The translations under genes and the position numbers were made by a program. Positions 1 through 11,081 of a stretch of DNA of 43,701 nucleotides are shown one piece after another. Each line of letters begins with the position of its first letter. Positions within the stretch are counted from its first letter, which is position 1. The stretch comes from Octopus bimaculoides. Lineage: Eukaryota. The DNA lies in NCBI RefSeq assembly GCF_001194135.2, contig NC_069004.1, forward strand, positions 12,272,333 through 12,316,033. Direction: 5' to 3'. The notes under the pieces are model-generated. The model did no database searches, was not told the origin of the DNA, and saw only the letters and a list, made by a program, of their open reading frames with translations.

Positions 1-59
1 TTCCAGTGAAATTCTTCACTGATATTGAAAAGGTGAAAACAAGCAATGTTAATTCTCTA

Positions 60-330
60 AATGAAGTATTAACAGTAACTGCACGATAAAGTGTAGTATA
101 TTGCCACTTAAGTGTGGCTGACCCCTAGGGGTGGATGTTACTGTTGCTTTTAGCCCCAGGAGGACATCTCCTCCAGCTGGCTTATCGACACACGACTGTG
201 TCCTGTTTGCCAAGGGAAGTTATCCCTCTCACCTCGATCTGCAGCACGAACGTATCCGGATTTCAGGGTTATTTCCCTTCGTCGGCGTCCGACAGCTGAT
301 GACCTTTGAAGGTTTGAAGGTGATGTACAG
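60..330 (-). mobile_element. CpG-rich non-coding repeat carrying the HH-A hammerhead (putative Penelope pLTR or retrozyme-like unit); boundaries approximate
   Basis: GC/CpG-rich island in AT-rich DNA that contains the hammerhead fold. A 24-nt core (TTTCAGGGTTATTTCCCTTCGTC) recurs at 20580-20602. Confidence 0.5.
248..290 (-). ncRNA. Type I minimal hammerhead ribozyme fold (family HH-A), U4C core variant
   Basis: Minus strand reads GGACG-CCGACGA-AGGG-AAATAA-CCCT-GAAA-TCCGGA-TA-CGTTC. Stem I is GGACG/CGTTC, extendable to CGGACG/CGTTCG plus CAGC/GCTG after an internal loop. Core is CCGACGA (canonical CUGANGA). Stem II is AGGG/CCCT, then GAAA, palindromic stem III ATCCGGAT, and an AUA cleavage triplet. 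Confidence 0.75.
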
Positions 331-1090
331 AAATTATATAGAAAAAAATTTTAATTAAGGTACTCAGAAACCTGAATGTTTGTACATTTACAGATTTTTA
401 TTAATGTCACATATTAAATGAAGCGCTTTTCACCTAGTCGTGTAGGTTTTTCAAATTATTTTATATATATATATATATACATATATGTCTATGGAAACTG
501 GTAATGGGCTTGGCCCGGGTGTAAAATGCAGACCTTATTTCAAGCTGCTAATTAAGTGTTTTGGTAATCAATTGTAAGATACAATTTATGTATAAGTTAC
601 AGTTTATATAGATACAATATTGTTTATATAGATATACGTGTAGCGTTGATGAGGTACTTGCATATAGCAGAATAACAGAACTTGACTGATATACAGATGA
701 GTTCACTGTTTGCCTTTAAAGAGAGAAAGAAACCTGCTTCCCTCAGAACCATAGAACCATACCACCTGGCCAACCCTGATCCATCCTCTAATCAGTTTGT
801 GTCGGGGTGGGGGTAATTCATACTTTTCAGCTTCTCGTTATAAAATGTGACCCCCTTCTTTCTCTCTGCAATCCATACTGTAATACTTGTACAGCAGTAA
901 TTATATTTTTGCTGTGAAAAATCCTCTTGTCACCTAACAACCAGCACTAGTGTTCTGGAAGTTCTTTTCGAAAATGAATTTCAAAATATATATTTTAACA
1001 TTTATTTTTGTTTGTTTGGGGGGTTTTTTTGTGTTGTCTTGCTTTTTTCTTGTTGTTGTTTTCAGCTCTCTAAATTGTTTTGTTATTTAA

Positions 1091-1132
1091 CACTAATTAT
1101 ATTTTCTCAATTTCTGTCTTTTTCAGGTAAGT
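1091..1132 (+). promoter_or_regulatory. Candidate recursive splice site (branch point, polypyrimidine tract, CAG|GTAAGT)
   Basis: CACTAAT at 1091-1097, pyrimidine tract 1102-1123, CAG at 1124-1126 directly followed by GTAAGT at 1127-1132. Confidence 0.45.
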
Positions 1133-1224
1133 ACATCCATCATATCTCACACAATGTCAAACACGTTGAAAATTTAATATTTGATCAACTGCAGCAGTGA
1201 TAAGTATACATTCAATGTCAAACT

Positions 1225-1335
1225 AATAATAATGATAATAATAATGATGATAATAATGATAATGATAATAATAATAATATTAATGATAATGATAATAATA
1301 ATAATGATAATAATAATAATAATGATAATAATAAT
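1225..1335. repeat. Imperfect (TAA/TGA)n microsatellite
   Basis: Direct reading. Confidence 0.95.
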
Positions 1336-1452
1336 GCCAATGATGAATGTTGTGTTGAAAAATGGGATGAAATGTGTGTGTGTGTGTAATTTATATATAC
1401 AAATGTATAAATGTATGTATGCACATGAATCTGTAAGTTATGATATGTATTC

Positions 1453-2190
1453 ATAATTAGGATAAAGTCATTATTTAATGATTTTTCAGTGACCAGCGTA
1501 CTAACAAAATCATAATGGTTTATTTATATTTCAGTATAATTATAAAATTATAATAAGGACATTGAAACAACAATACTTGTATGCTAGAAATAGACCCGAA
1601 ATGGTCTACAAACCACTTAAGTTATTACTCCGTTACAACAAGGTTGTATACAAGGAAAATGGACAGAAATGATTTTAAAATATTGTGGATAACACTATAT
1701 CTTAAGATTTCACAATTTGCAATATTAAAAACGCTTTCTACTCTTCAGTATTGTAAACCAATCGTAAATAAATGAGAAATAAATATACATACCATAGATA
1801 TACAGTCATACAAATATGAGCAATATACATGCATTTCACACATATATACGTTGTAAAATCTGAACGTCATTTCAACTATATGGTTAATTACTCAGAATAA
1901 TTCTGCAAATGTGTTTGTGGAGTGAATTAATACATATTTATACATAATTAGGATAAAGTCATTATTTAATGATTTATCAGTGACCAGCGTACTGACAAGA
2001 CCGTAAAGGTTAATGTATATTTCAGTATAATTATAAAACTATAATAAGGGTGTTGAAACAATAACTCCTCTACGCTAGAAGTAGACCCCAAATGGTCTAC
2101 ACACCACTTAAGTTATTACTCCATTACTACAAGATTGTATGCGAAGAAAATGGACAGAAAGGATTTTAAAATATTATGGATAATACTGTG
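1453..2190 (+). repeat. Two diverged direct copies of a ~245-bp unit (about 1453-1697 and 1943-2188)
   Basis: Both copies start CATAATTAGGATAAAGTCATTATTTAATG, contain the hairpin TAGACCC(G/C)AAATGGTCTA, and end near GATTTTAAAATATT(G/A)TGGATAA. Confidence 0.9.
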
Positions 2191-2929
2191 TGATTCATAC
2201 ATGCTTATGTGTAAATGTGCATGCTATATATATGTATATATACACACATCTTTTATTATTAATAATCAACAGAAGTTAGAGTCACATAAGTGCCAAGAGT
2301 TTCATACATTAGCAGAGAATTAATAACTTATAGAAATTAGGTTTGGTATTCAATGCTTTATACAACATACATGTGTTTCAGCAAATTCCCAGCATAGTTA
2401 CATAACAGTTGTATAAACACAGTATAATCTTCTTGCATAGCACTTCATCAGTGTTCTGCAATAATTACTTTTATATATTATTCTATAACATAACCCATAT
2501 TCCGCTTTCTAGTCTGTCCGGAGGTTGATGCTACATTGGATATAAGAATGGAGTGTGGATCCCTCTACTGAGCCTAATCTTTAATTATGTATTGCACTTC
2601 ACAGTGCCTATGTTCGATATATCTTAGTGATTTATATATACTTATGACTCTGTGATTTACACATACATGGGTGTGTTTGATTCCGTAATCTAGAAATATG
2701 TGTGTAATGATACGCCAAGCTTATATACATCTGTGTAAATATATATATATATATGTGTGAGTGTGTAAACACACACATACACCTATGTAGAATAGCTGTA
2801 TCTGTAGAATATGTGATTTGCATGTGTATATGCGATACATACGCATGTAGTGTGTACATGTATTTTATATGCAAACATCAAGCACAAATGTATGTCTCTC
2901 GTTTATACTTGCATTTGCATGTGTGTGTG

Positions 2930-3191
2930 TGTGTGTGTCTGTGTGTGTGTGTGTACATCTCTGCAAAAATGTATGTTCTGTGTATGATGTGTGTGTGTGT
3001 GTGTGTGTTCATGTCTCACTCTCCTTCATTTTCTCACTCCCTCTCTTCCTTCTCTTCCTGCTACTTCCTCTCTCTTTTTCTCTCTCTTCTAATTATGTAA
3101 TATGAAGCAGGAGGGAAGGGAGAGGGGTTTTTTTTCATGGGTGGATGTGAACTTCTGAACTTTGCATAATATGCACCCATACGCACACATA

Positions 3192-3246
<55 letters not shown>

Positions 3247-3262
3247 ACACACACACACATGC
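2930..3262. repeat. (GT)n and (CA)n microsatellites
   Basis: Direct reading. They account for the CVCVCV ORFs in the track. Confidence 0.95.
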
Positions 3263-3599
3263 ACATGTACATATCCATACATACTCCCATCCACACAATT
3301 ATGTAATGAGGTGACTCTATGAATGAAAGTAGTTTAACATTTGGAAATTGATGCTCAGCCAGGTAACCCCCCCTACCCTCTATTTATCTGTGGTCTTTTT
3401 TATTTTTTTGATGGCAGCAGAAATCGGTCGGAACACCAGAAATTCTAGAATATTTGGAAATCCGTATCTGTGTCTTTCATTCTTCATTAGTTGCTCAATG
3501 CAGATTTCCTTACAATGCTACACTTTCACATTCTCACTCATGTTTATACACACATACATACATGTATATATTTATATGTGTATATATACAGATATTTGG

Positions 3600-4096
3600 A
3601 TGAGGTTATTGCACTGGAGTTATCTACCTTGCTTGATCTTAGCAAATATGGTAGGTGGGGCATCGTTTCCCATTCAAATTGTTCCAGCCTTTGGAATGTC
3701 ATCCTCACTGTATGTGGCCGAGCATTATTCTGATGGAAGAACACTGTTCGTCTTGAAACCAAAGATGGTTGTTTTCTTGTAGCGCTGGTGTCGATGAATG
3801 GTTGAATGACCAAATCCAAGCTTCTCTGCTAGTTCCTCAACAGTTACGATAGGATTTTGTTCCACTAGGGTTTGCAGGACATCCTTGTCAAGCTCTACAG
3901 ATCTTCCAGGACAAGGCTCGTCTTCTAGGCTGTAGTTTCTGGCTTGGGATTTCTGGAATCACCATTGACACTGGCTTTCGCTTATTGTCCAATCCTCATA
4001 TACTGCATTAATATTCCTCACACTTTCCATTCCGTTGTTGCCTTTATTGAACTCATAAAGTAAAATATGCCAAATATGCTCCTTTGTCACTTCCAT
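3600..4096 (-). mobile_element. Internally deleted, decayed mariner (Tc1/mariner, DD34D-type) transposase
   Basis: From ATG at 4096 (minus): MEVTKEHIWHILLYEFNKGNN...SQCQW*FQK...YSLEDEPCPGRSVELDKDVLQTLVEQNPIVTVEELAEKLGFGHSTIHRH, the mariner N-terminal HTH region. This is fused out of frame to the catalytic-domain segment KQPSLVSRRTVFFHQNNARPHT...QFEWETMPHLPY (consensus HDNARPH...LPHPPYSPDL). Confidence 0.92.
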
Positions 4097-4709
4097 TATA
4101 GCTTTGAAAACATAACTGTTAAAATCAAACTGCACTCCTCAAAACTTGCACTAAGAATAAGTACAAGGTAAAATTACTACTTGCTTTTATAGCAAGTTGA
4201 TGCTGGTAGTTTATTCCGTCCTCCTCCATCACTTAGTTCATGCAATTGAAAAAACGCATTATTTATACAGACAATATGTGTCAGCATATTTCTTCCAACA
4301 CGTGCAAGCAAGGCAAAGTAGGCATTAAAGCGATGATGATGACTTATTAGCCATGATACCACACTAGCAACTGTGGGTCCAGAGTTTTATTATGTCGGGT
4401 AGGGTTAGGAAATTGGACTTGGTACTGTTGTAGATCAATTGATCCCAAAGTTTTTAAGGCTGCTGTTCCCTTGGCACTTAAGCCAATTTTTAGTGCCCCA
4501 CCACCACCACAAACATAGACTACTTACTGCAGCAAATTTTTTTTTAAATGTATTTAAAACTTAACCAAATTAACCCATTATTTTGTTTGCTTCACATCCA
4601 TTGCTCCTCTTTTTGCCACCCCCATTATCACCCTACTTTTCTTCAATGCCCCCTGGATCTTTCCACCACCCCCAGAAGAGCAGTACTGCCCGCTTTATGA
4701 ACCACTGCT

Positions 4710-5260
4710 GTAGATGCTAACCATATCGTTAATTTTCTAGACGCATCCTTGAGATTGGATAATAAGAGTTTCAAACCAAAATCGGAATGTGAAATTAGTG
4801 TGCATCCATTGACTATCAAATTACTGACACATCAACTTGAGTCAACAATGTTAGTTAACAGGTATCCTCAAGATCTTTTGATGAAAATGCTTTGATGAAG
4901 ATAGCTGGGTATTATAATGAAGTGTTCAGAAATTATAGATTATTCTCTAATAAGATTAGATACCTTGAAGAACACCAAAAGCAAAATGTCCAGAAGAAAC
5001 AATAAGAAAAAGAATATTTTATTGTCGAATCCTGTCTTTAATCTAGCATTCTTAGGAACTACTATAGCTAAGGAATTCCTTAATTTAATAGATTACCAAT
5101 TTCCTTTGGGACATGAATGTAGTAAATTATTGATAGGAGCTTTGTTAATGTTAGTTATTCAGGCAGAAAGAATTCTGGTTGTTATATCAGAGCTTATAAT
5201 ATTGTACAGATTAATGAAACAGATAAGTGAGCATTTAAACAAGATCGATCATGCAACTGG
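4710..5260 (+). mobile_element. Decayed Penelope-like element, RT C-terminal and linker region
   Basis: Frame-shifted translations VNFLDASLRLDNKSFKP...VHPLT, SFDENALMKIAGYYNEVFRNY, KKNILLSNPVFN...TTIAKEFLNLIDYQFPLGHECSKL and RSFVNVSYS match the PLE motif series NFLD / IIWFNPPF / FL.LID.HFP / NRNTVKVSYSC. Confidence 0.88.
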
Positions 5261-5442
5261 AGAATTCCTCAGAATTTCCCTCTTAATGGCAATTGTTTGG
5301 CAGAGTTGGTAAAATAATATGATGTTTCCTTCATAATCATGTAATTTTGAGTTCAATTTCACTTAGGTAAGTGTCTTCACTGTTACCCCAGCAAGTAGAG
5401 TTGGTTGGCAGAAATTGTATGGAAGTCTCTCATATCTTCTAT

Positions 5443-5666
5443 CTTTTACTTGTTCCAGTCATTAGAATGTGGCCATGCTGGGGCACTGCCTTGAAGGGTT
5501 TTAATTGAATAAATTGACTCCAGGATCTATTTTTTATAGCCTGGCACTTATTCTACTGGTCTTTTTTGCTGAACCACTAAGTTACTGGGAAGTAAACACG
5601 CCAACTCTGGTTGTCAAGCGAGGGTGGGTGACAAACACAGACACAAAGACACAAATATATACATAC

Positions 5667-5698
<32 letters not shown>

Positions 5699-5712
5699 GA
5701 CAGGCTTCTTCC
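5443..5712 (-). mobile_element. SINE family A, 3' half
   Basis: CTTTTACTTGTTCCAGTCATTAGAATGTGGCCATGCTGG...GGTTGTCAAGCG...GACAAACACAGACAC module, repeated more than ten times in the window. Confidence 0.88.
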
Positions 5713-5714
5713 AC

Positions 5715-5805
5715 CCTACGCCTACTGGCTTGCCAGCTCTGGCCATACCATCCAACCCATGCCAGAATGGACAAACGGACATTAAATGGTGATGATGATG
5801 ACAAA
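5715..5805 (+). mobile_element. SINE family B, 3' tail
   Basis: TCCAACCCATGCCAGAATGGACAAACGGACATTAAATGGTGATGATG tail shared with other B copies. Confidence 0.8.
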
Positions 5806-5894
5806 CCCACTCACGAGATTTTGCTTCGTATTCTGACCTAATTTCTTTAATTCTCTTTCATTTATAAATGAATAACTGAAAATTAAGAATTCTA

Positions 5895-5947
<53 letters not shown>

Positions 5948-7208
5948 ATTTTTTTAATTAAGGTTTCTTCTTGGATTAAATGACTAGGTGGGAGTCTTTG
6001 ACGTAGAAGCAAATGTTGATTCTGTCTTTCGCCAGATGTGAAGTTCCACCGTTTTTGTCTTTTAGAAGGTATCACAGACACATTGAGGGATACTTAATTA
6101 AATATCTCAACATTTCAGACACCGATGGATGTCAGAATCGGTAGAGCAAATAAAATATTTTCTGTGCTTTGCATTATTCAGTTACACCTCTTTATATTCT
6201 TGCTTCAAATGTTTCCAAGGGTCGTCGACTTTGCCTTTCAAAATTCTAGGAGTGGGTTAGAGGTCAATGAAATAATTACCTCACAAAGAACTGGGATCAG
6301 TTTAATTAACCCACCACCACCACCATCATTCCTCAAACATGTGCGGCATTGAGAGTGTCTATGTGTGAAATCAATATTTCAACATCTCTGTCATTAAATT
6401 TTTCAATTATTTAATGCCCTGTTAATTGACACCATTAAAACTGTAAACTTTTGCCATTCCCAATTATTCCAGTCTGCAGTGAGGGGTGGGGGCCACTTAA
6501 TTATCCAGCTGACAGCCCTTTGCAAACTATTAACTCTTAGTTCTCAAACACTCAACAACTGAACTAGTTTCGTGCTTATTTGTATGTTCTTCATTTTTTT
6601 TTCCCTGGGTAGGAGTGGGAGATCTAGGAAAAGGGGGACTCGGTGGGGTAAAGAGACCTTAAACAAGGAGAAAGTGAGAGACCCTATTACAAGCTGGAGC
6701 AATTCAAAACATGTTTTACTTTCACATTTTCTCAAGATGTTGTTGTGGTTTGCAGCATTCCAACCATCAACCATTTAAAAATTCCTTTCTCTTTCCTCAG
6801 CTGTGTTGCGTTGTGACTTTAATTACCATTTACTGCTACTTGAGTAATTAACTATTTTGGACCATTTTTTTTTTTTTTTTTTCATATTTCTACTTTGTTG
6901 CTCTGTTGGATATTTTCGCTTCTTAAGTGGTGTAAAAGTAACCATCTTTGGAATGGTGTAATGCCAGACGGAAAAGTTTGGAAAAAAATTTGCAATGTGC
7001 TGAGATGTTTATGAACATTAAAGGAAGATAAATAATCTGTAGGTTAGGATTTATTTCTAATGTTTTATATTAAACCTCTTTTTCTTTCCATTCCTCTTGG
7101 CATTAACCATCATTTTTATTACATCACTCATTACTAGAATTACATATCTGACAATTAGGGAACATTTAAAAAAAGGTGGGTAAGTTCTTATTTTTAAAAT
7201 GTTTATAT

Positions 7209-7635
7209 AGGCGCAGGCATGGCTGTGTAATAAGAAGCTTGCTTCCTAACCACATGGTTCCAGGTTCAGTCCCATCTGACACAAAATCACCTCCTCTAAT
7301 GACCCCTCCCCTCTCAAAAATTCCTTGTCTTGCAAGTTATTTGGTGACCCTGCTGGTGCCATGTAAAAAGCATCCACTCTGCACTGTGAAGTGGTTGGCA
7401 TTTGGAAGGGCATCCAGCTGTAAAAACCATGCCAAAACTGACCTTGCCTGTGCTGGTGTCACGTAAAATGCACTCATCCACTCTAAGAGGTGGTTGGTGT
7501 AAGGAAGAGCATCCAGTTTCAAAAACCATGCCAAAATGGACATGGTAGCTTGGTGTAGTCTTCTACCTAACTGGCTCCTATCAAACTGTCCAACCCATGC
7601 CAGCATGGTAGATGGATGTTAAACAATGATGATTA
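7209..7635 (+). mobile_element. SINE A tRNA-like head (7209-7268) followed by SINE B with an internally duplicated module (7315-7635)
   Basis: GGCGCAGGCATGGCTGTGTAATAAGAAGCTTGC...GGTTCAGTCCCA head. TGGTTGG..TTAGGAAGGGCATCCAG module occurs twice, then the CCCATGCCAGCATGG tail. Confidence 0.85.
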
Positions 7636-8565
7636 TTATTGTAGAAATAAACAATCATGTCAATGAAACTTCAAAGCTACAAAGTAACACATGACTAATT
7701 CAAAACAATGTGAATTAAAAAAAAAAGCATCAGATTTGACAGAGAAGTGTGTATGCTAAAGGGTTAAGCAACTGACCATGTGCAGTTTCAATCATTTCAA
7801 AGTACTCCGTTATCCTCTGGGCAGTTAAGACAATTCAAAGTCGTCTTTTGCTTCCGTGATGGTTTGACTAGAGGAAAGAGTCAAAACATGATGTATTCTA
7901 ATAAATTTGTGCACAAGACAAAGAAATCAAAGGAAAATTTCTACAAGACTGATCATCTGGTAAACACCATAGAAACTTGATCTTAACAATTCATATTAAT
8001 TATTCTTCTTATTCAACAACACTAAACTCTTCAGTTCTCATCGATTATCTCCCACACACACATTAACCGTGATTTATTGCAATTTATATAGATTTTCTGT
8101 CTCCTTTATTGTCAGCAATAATAGCTTCTAATCCTCTTTAAATATTCACTACTCTCTGTCAAATACCCAAAATGTTTTGTTGTTCCTAAAAGGAATTTTT
8201 CTAAGACAAAGTATCTGCTAGGATTCCTTGTTAAAGAATGTGACAGCCAACCACAAGTAAGGTTTTATTGGAGTGCTGTTGTGACAATAATCATATTTGA
8301 AACACAAGACTCCTTCCTTTTGAGAAGCAATTTCACTTCAAAAGTAAACCGTTTCTGCAGACATTTTCAGCAACAACTGTTCAATGTCTTTTAACCTTAG
8401 CACTGCCTCTCGTCATCTTCATTAGCTGTATGTTGAAAGGGTGGGGAGTACTTTGAAATGGAGATAGAACAAACATAAATAATTGTTTTAGTTCTCTGTA
8501 AATAATTTAGAAACTGCAAAAGTAGGTGTTGACTGACAAAAGAAACTCAAAGTTCTACAAATGGG

Positions 8566-8972
8566 TGGTAAGAAGCTTGCTTTCCTACCACATGGTTCCT
8601 GGTTCAATCCCACTGTATGGCACCTTGAACAAATATCATCTATATAGCTTCAGGCAGACCAAAGCCTTGTGAGTGGATTTGGTGGACGGAAACTGAAAGA
8701 AGCCTATTGTATGTGTGTGTGTATGCATACATGCATCTGTCTCGCTTTGTTTCTGTGTTTGTCTTCCCACCACTGCTTGACAACTGGTGTTAGTGTGTTT
8801 ACATTAATGTGAATTAGCAGTTCAGCAAAAGAAATCAATAGAATAAGTACCAGGCATTTAAAGAAAAGTACTGGGGTCAATTACATTTGATTAATAAACC
8901 CTTCAAGGTAGTGCTCCAGCATGGCTGCAGTCTGATGACTGAAACAAATGAAAGATAAACGATAAAAACATT
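8566..8972 (+). mobile_element. SINE family A, near full length (tRNA-like head, central microsatellite, 3' half)
   Basis: GGTAAGAAGCTTGC...GGTTCAATCCCACTG...GGAAACTGAAAGAAGCC, (TG)n, GTTTGTC...GACAAC...CCAGCATGGCTGCAGTC. Confidence 0.9.
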
Positions 8973-8989
8973 CAACCATTCTTTAATGG

Positions 8990-9185
8990 TGCCGGACAAG
9001 ATGCTTAGTGGCATTTCATCCATCTTCACATTCTGAGTTCAAATTCCGCCAAGGCCGACTATTCCTTTCATCCCTTCAGTGTCGATAATATAAATGCTTG
9101 TTGAACACTGGGGTCAATGTGATCGGCTTATGCGCCCCCCCCCAAAAAAAAAAATTGCTTGCCTTGTGCCAAAATTTGAAACCCA
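8990..9185 (+). mobile_element. SINE family C
   Basis: TTCTGAGTTCAAATTCCGCC B-box-like segment, CCTTTCATCC central domain, CCTTGTGCCAAAATTTGAAAC tail. Confidence 0.88.
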
Positions 9186-10119
9186 TATATTGCTTCTATA
9201 TTTTCTTAGCAAATATTTCATTTGGAAATTCCAATAAAATGGAAAACTACAGACAAATGCTTTGAATGTTACACTGTCATGTAATGCAGGTTATGTCAGT
9301 ATTGATAGCCATTGATTTTTTCGAAAAATCTTTAATGTGGAATCAGTCAAAGAATATTCTTGCTGAATAAAAAGATGTATTATTTGTTTGTCTCAGATAA
9401 ATAAAATGAAAGAATAAAGTTATTTACAAGCCATAATTAACAGACTTTTAGCTGAAGGTGGTGAGAAAGTCAGGTGTAAGTCATCTAACTACAGACCAGC
9501 TGATTACCTCTTTAACACGATCAGGTTTATGGTTGTTCCTGGGCTTCTACTTGGCTGTCTGCCTGCGTGATAAAGCTGTTTTAATGTAGATAGTCTATCT
9601 CTTGTTTATATAGCTATGTCCTCAGATAGTTCCAGAAGATTTGCTACATCATCAGAACTAATAATGATTTTAATCATCTCCTTCTCTTCGTTCCCCAGCT
9701 AGCTCTTTAACCACAGCCAGCAACAGGGGAAGGAAGAATCTGATAGACAGATAGACAGCAGCAGGCTGTGGCGTCGGCATCGGCAACAGCAGTAGAGCAG
9801 CAGCAGCAGCAGAAGATCTTTTCAACTTAATCTAGTTTTCTGTTAGAGTAAGTTTGCAAAAGCTTCAGGTGTTATCTTTCAGGCTCATTCTCGACATTAA
9901 ATATATCGTCACTTTAGATAAGACATCTATTAGGATGCCATTCCAACTGAGAAAGACTTACATCACACACTGCAACTAAAATGTATGTGTATCTGTGTAT
10001 TTCAGGCTCTTTATTCACGAAATCTTTGGCACCGTTGCTCCCAGCACAACTCTTATTTTTAATTAACTAACTTGCAATTACGTACATTGAGGGTCAATAT
10101 AAAAAAAAAACAAATAATG

Positions 10120-10157
<38 letters not shown>

Positions 10158-10451
10158 TACTACCTAGCTCAGATACCAGGAAACCCCAAAATGGCTGAAG
10201 TTCAAAAGATAGTGCTCATGTGAACTGCCCATATCCTACGTAAAATACTGTCTATGTGATCTCAAATTTTAAAACAAACACATAATTTTCTTATGGTTTC
10301 TTAAACATTCTCTAGAACAACACTATGTACAAATCCAAATATATGGTACCCTAGGCATAACACCTACATGAACTTCTAACTTGTTGTCTCTTGAGGTCTC
10401 TGGGTGAGACTTGGATCCAACTTGTACAAATGCAAAGCAAAAGTCAAACAT
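10158..10451 (+). mobile_element. 5'-truncated R4/Dong-clade (REL endonuclease) non-LTR retrotransposon inserted in (TAA)n
   Basis: Frame from 10161 reads YLAQIPGNPKMAEVQKIVLM*TAHILRKILSM*, matching the R4-clade C-terminus (QKxVLLGTAHILRKVL). It is followed by a ~190-bp 3' UTR and flanked on both sides by (TAA)n. Confidence 0.8.
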
Positions 10452-10474
10452 AAAATAATAATAATAATAATGAA

Positions 10475-10511
<37 letters not shown>

Positions 10512-10515
10512 GATG

Positions 10516-11042
10516 CATGGGTGGCTGTGTGGTAAGAAGCTTGCTTTCCAACCTCATGGTTCCAGGTTCAGTCCCGCTTGCTGGCACCTTGGGCAAGTGT
10601 CTCCTACTATACATTCAGGCCAACAAAAGCCCTGTGAATGGATTTGGTAGACATAAACTGAAAGAAACCCATCGTATCTCTCTCTCTCTCTCTCTTTCTA
10701 TATATATATGTTTGTGTGTGTGTGTGTGTTGGTGTTTGTCCTACTAACACCACCACCCCCTACTAACACCACCAACACCACCACTTGACAACAAGTGTTG
10801 GTGTGTTTATGTCCCTGTAATGTAGCTGTTCGGCACTGGGATTGATTGATTCAGCTACAAATTCTTCAAGGCTATGCCCCAGCATGACCACAGTCCAGTG
10901 ACTGAAATAAGTAAAAGGTATGACAAATATACTATTTGCCTTTTTTCCTTTCAGGGTCAAGAAAGTACCAGTGAAACGCTGGGGTCGATGTAATCAACTA
11001 GTCTCCTCCCACAATTTCAGGCCTTGTGCCTATAGTGGAAAG

Positions 11043-11045
<3 letters not shown>
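10516..11045 (+). mobile_element. SINE A (10516-10925) followed by SINE C 3' part (10930-11045)
   Basis: Family A head and 3' half; C central domain and tail. Confidence 0.88.
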
Positions 11046-11076
<31 letters not shown>

Positions 11077-11081
11077 TGTTG

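Noticed and set aside
296-335. + strand CTGATGA...GAA next to HH-A, as an opposite-polarity hammerhead
   Set aside because: No in-register GAAA after stem II and no stem I or III. It is better explained by a TTTGAAGG direct repeat.
2418-2457. Minus-strand CTGATGA-AGTGC-TAT-GCAA-GAAG as a hammerhead
   Set aside because: Two core or closing-pair deviations and no convincing stems I and III. At best a heavily decayed copy.
9606-9853. TATA-like box plus a GTAAGT donor as a + strand first exon (similar donors at 16708 and 21464)
   Set aside because: GTAAGT is expected many times by chance in 44 kb and there is no independent support without RNA data.
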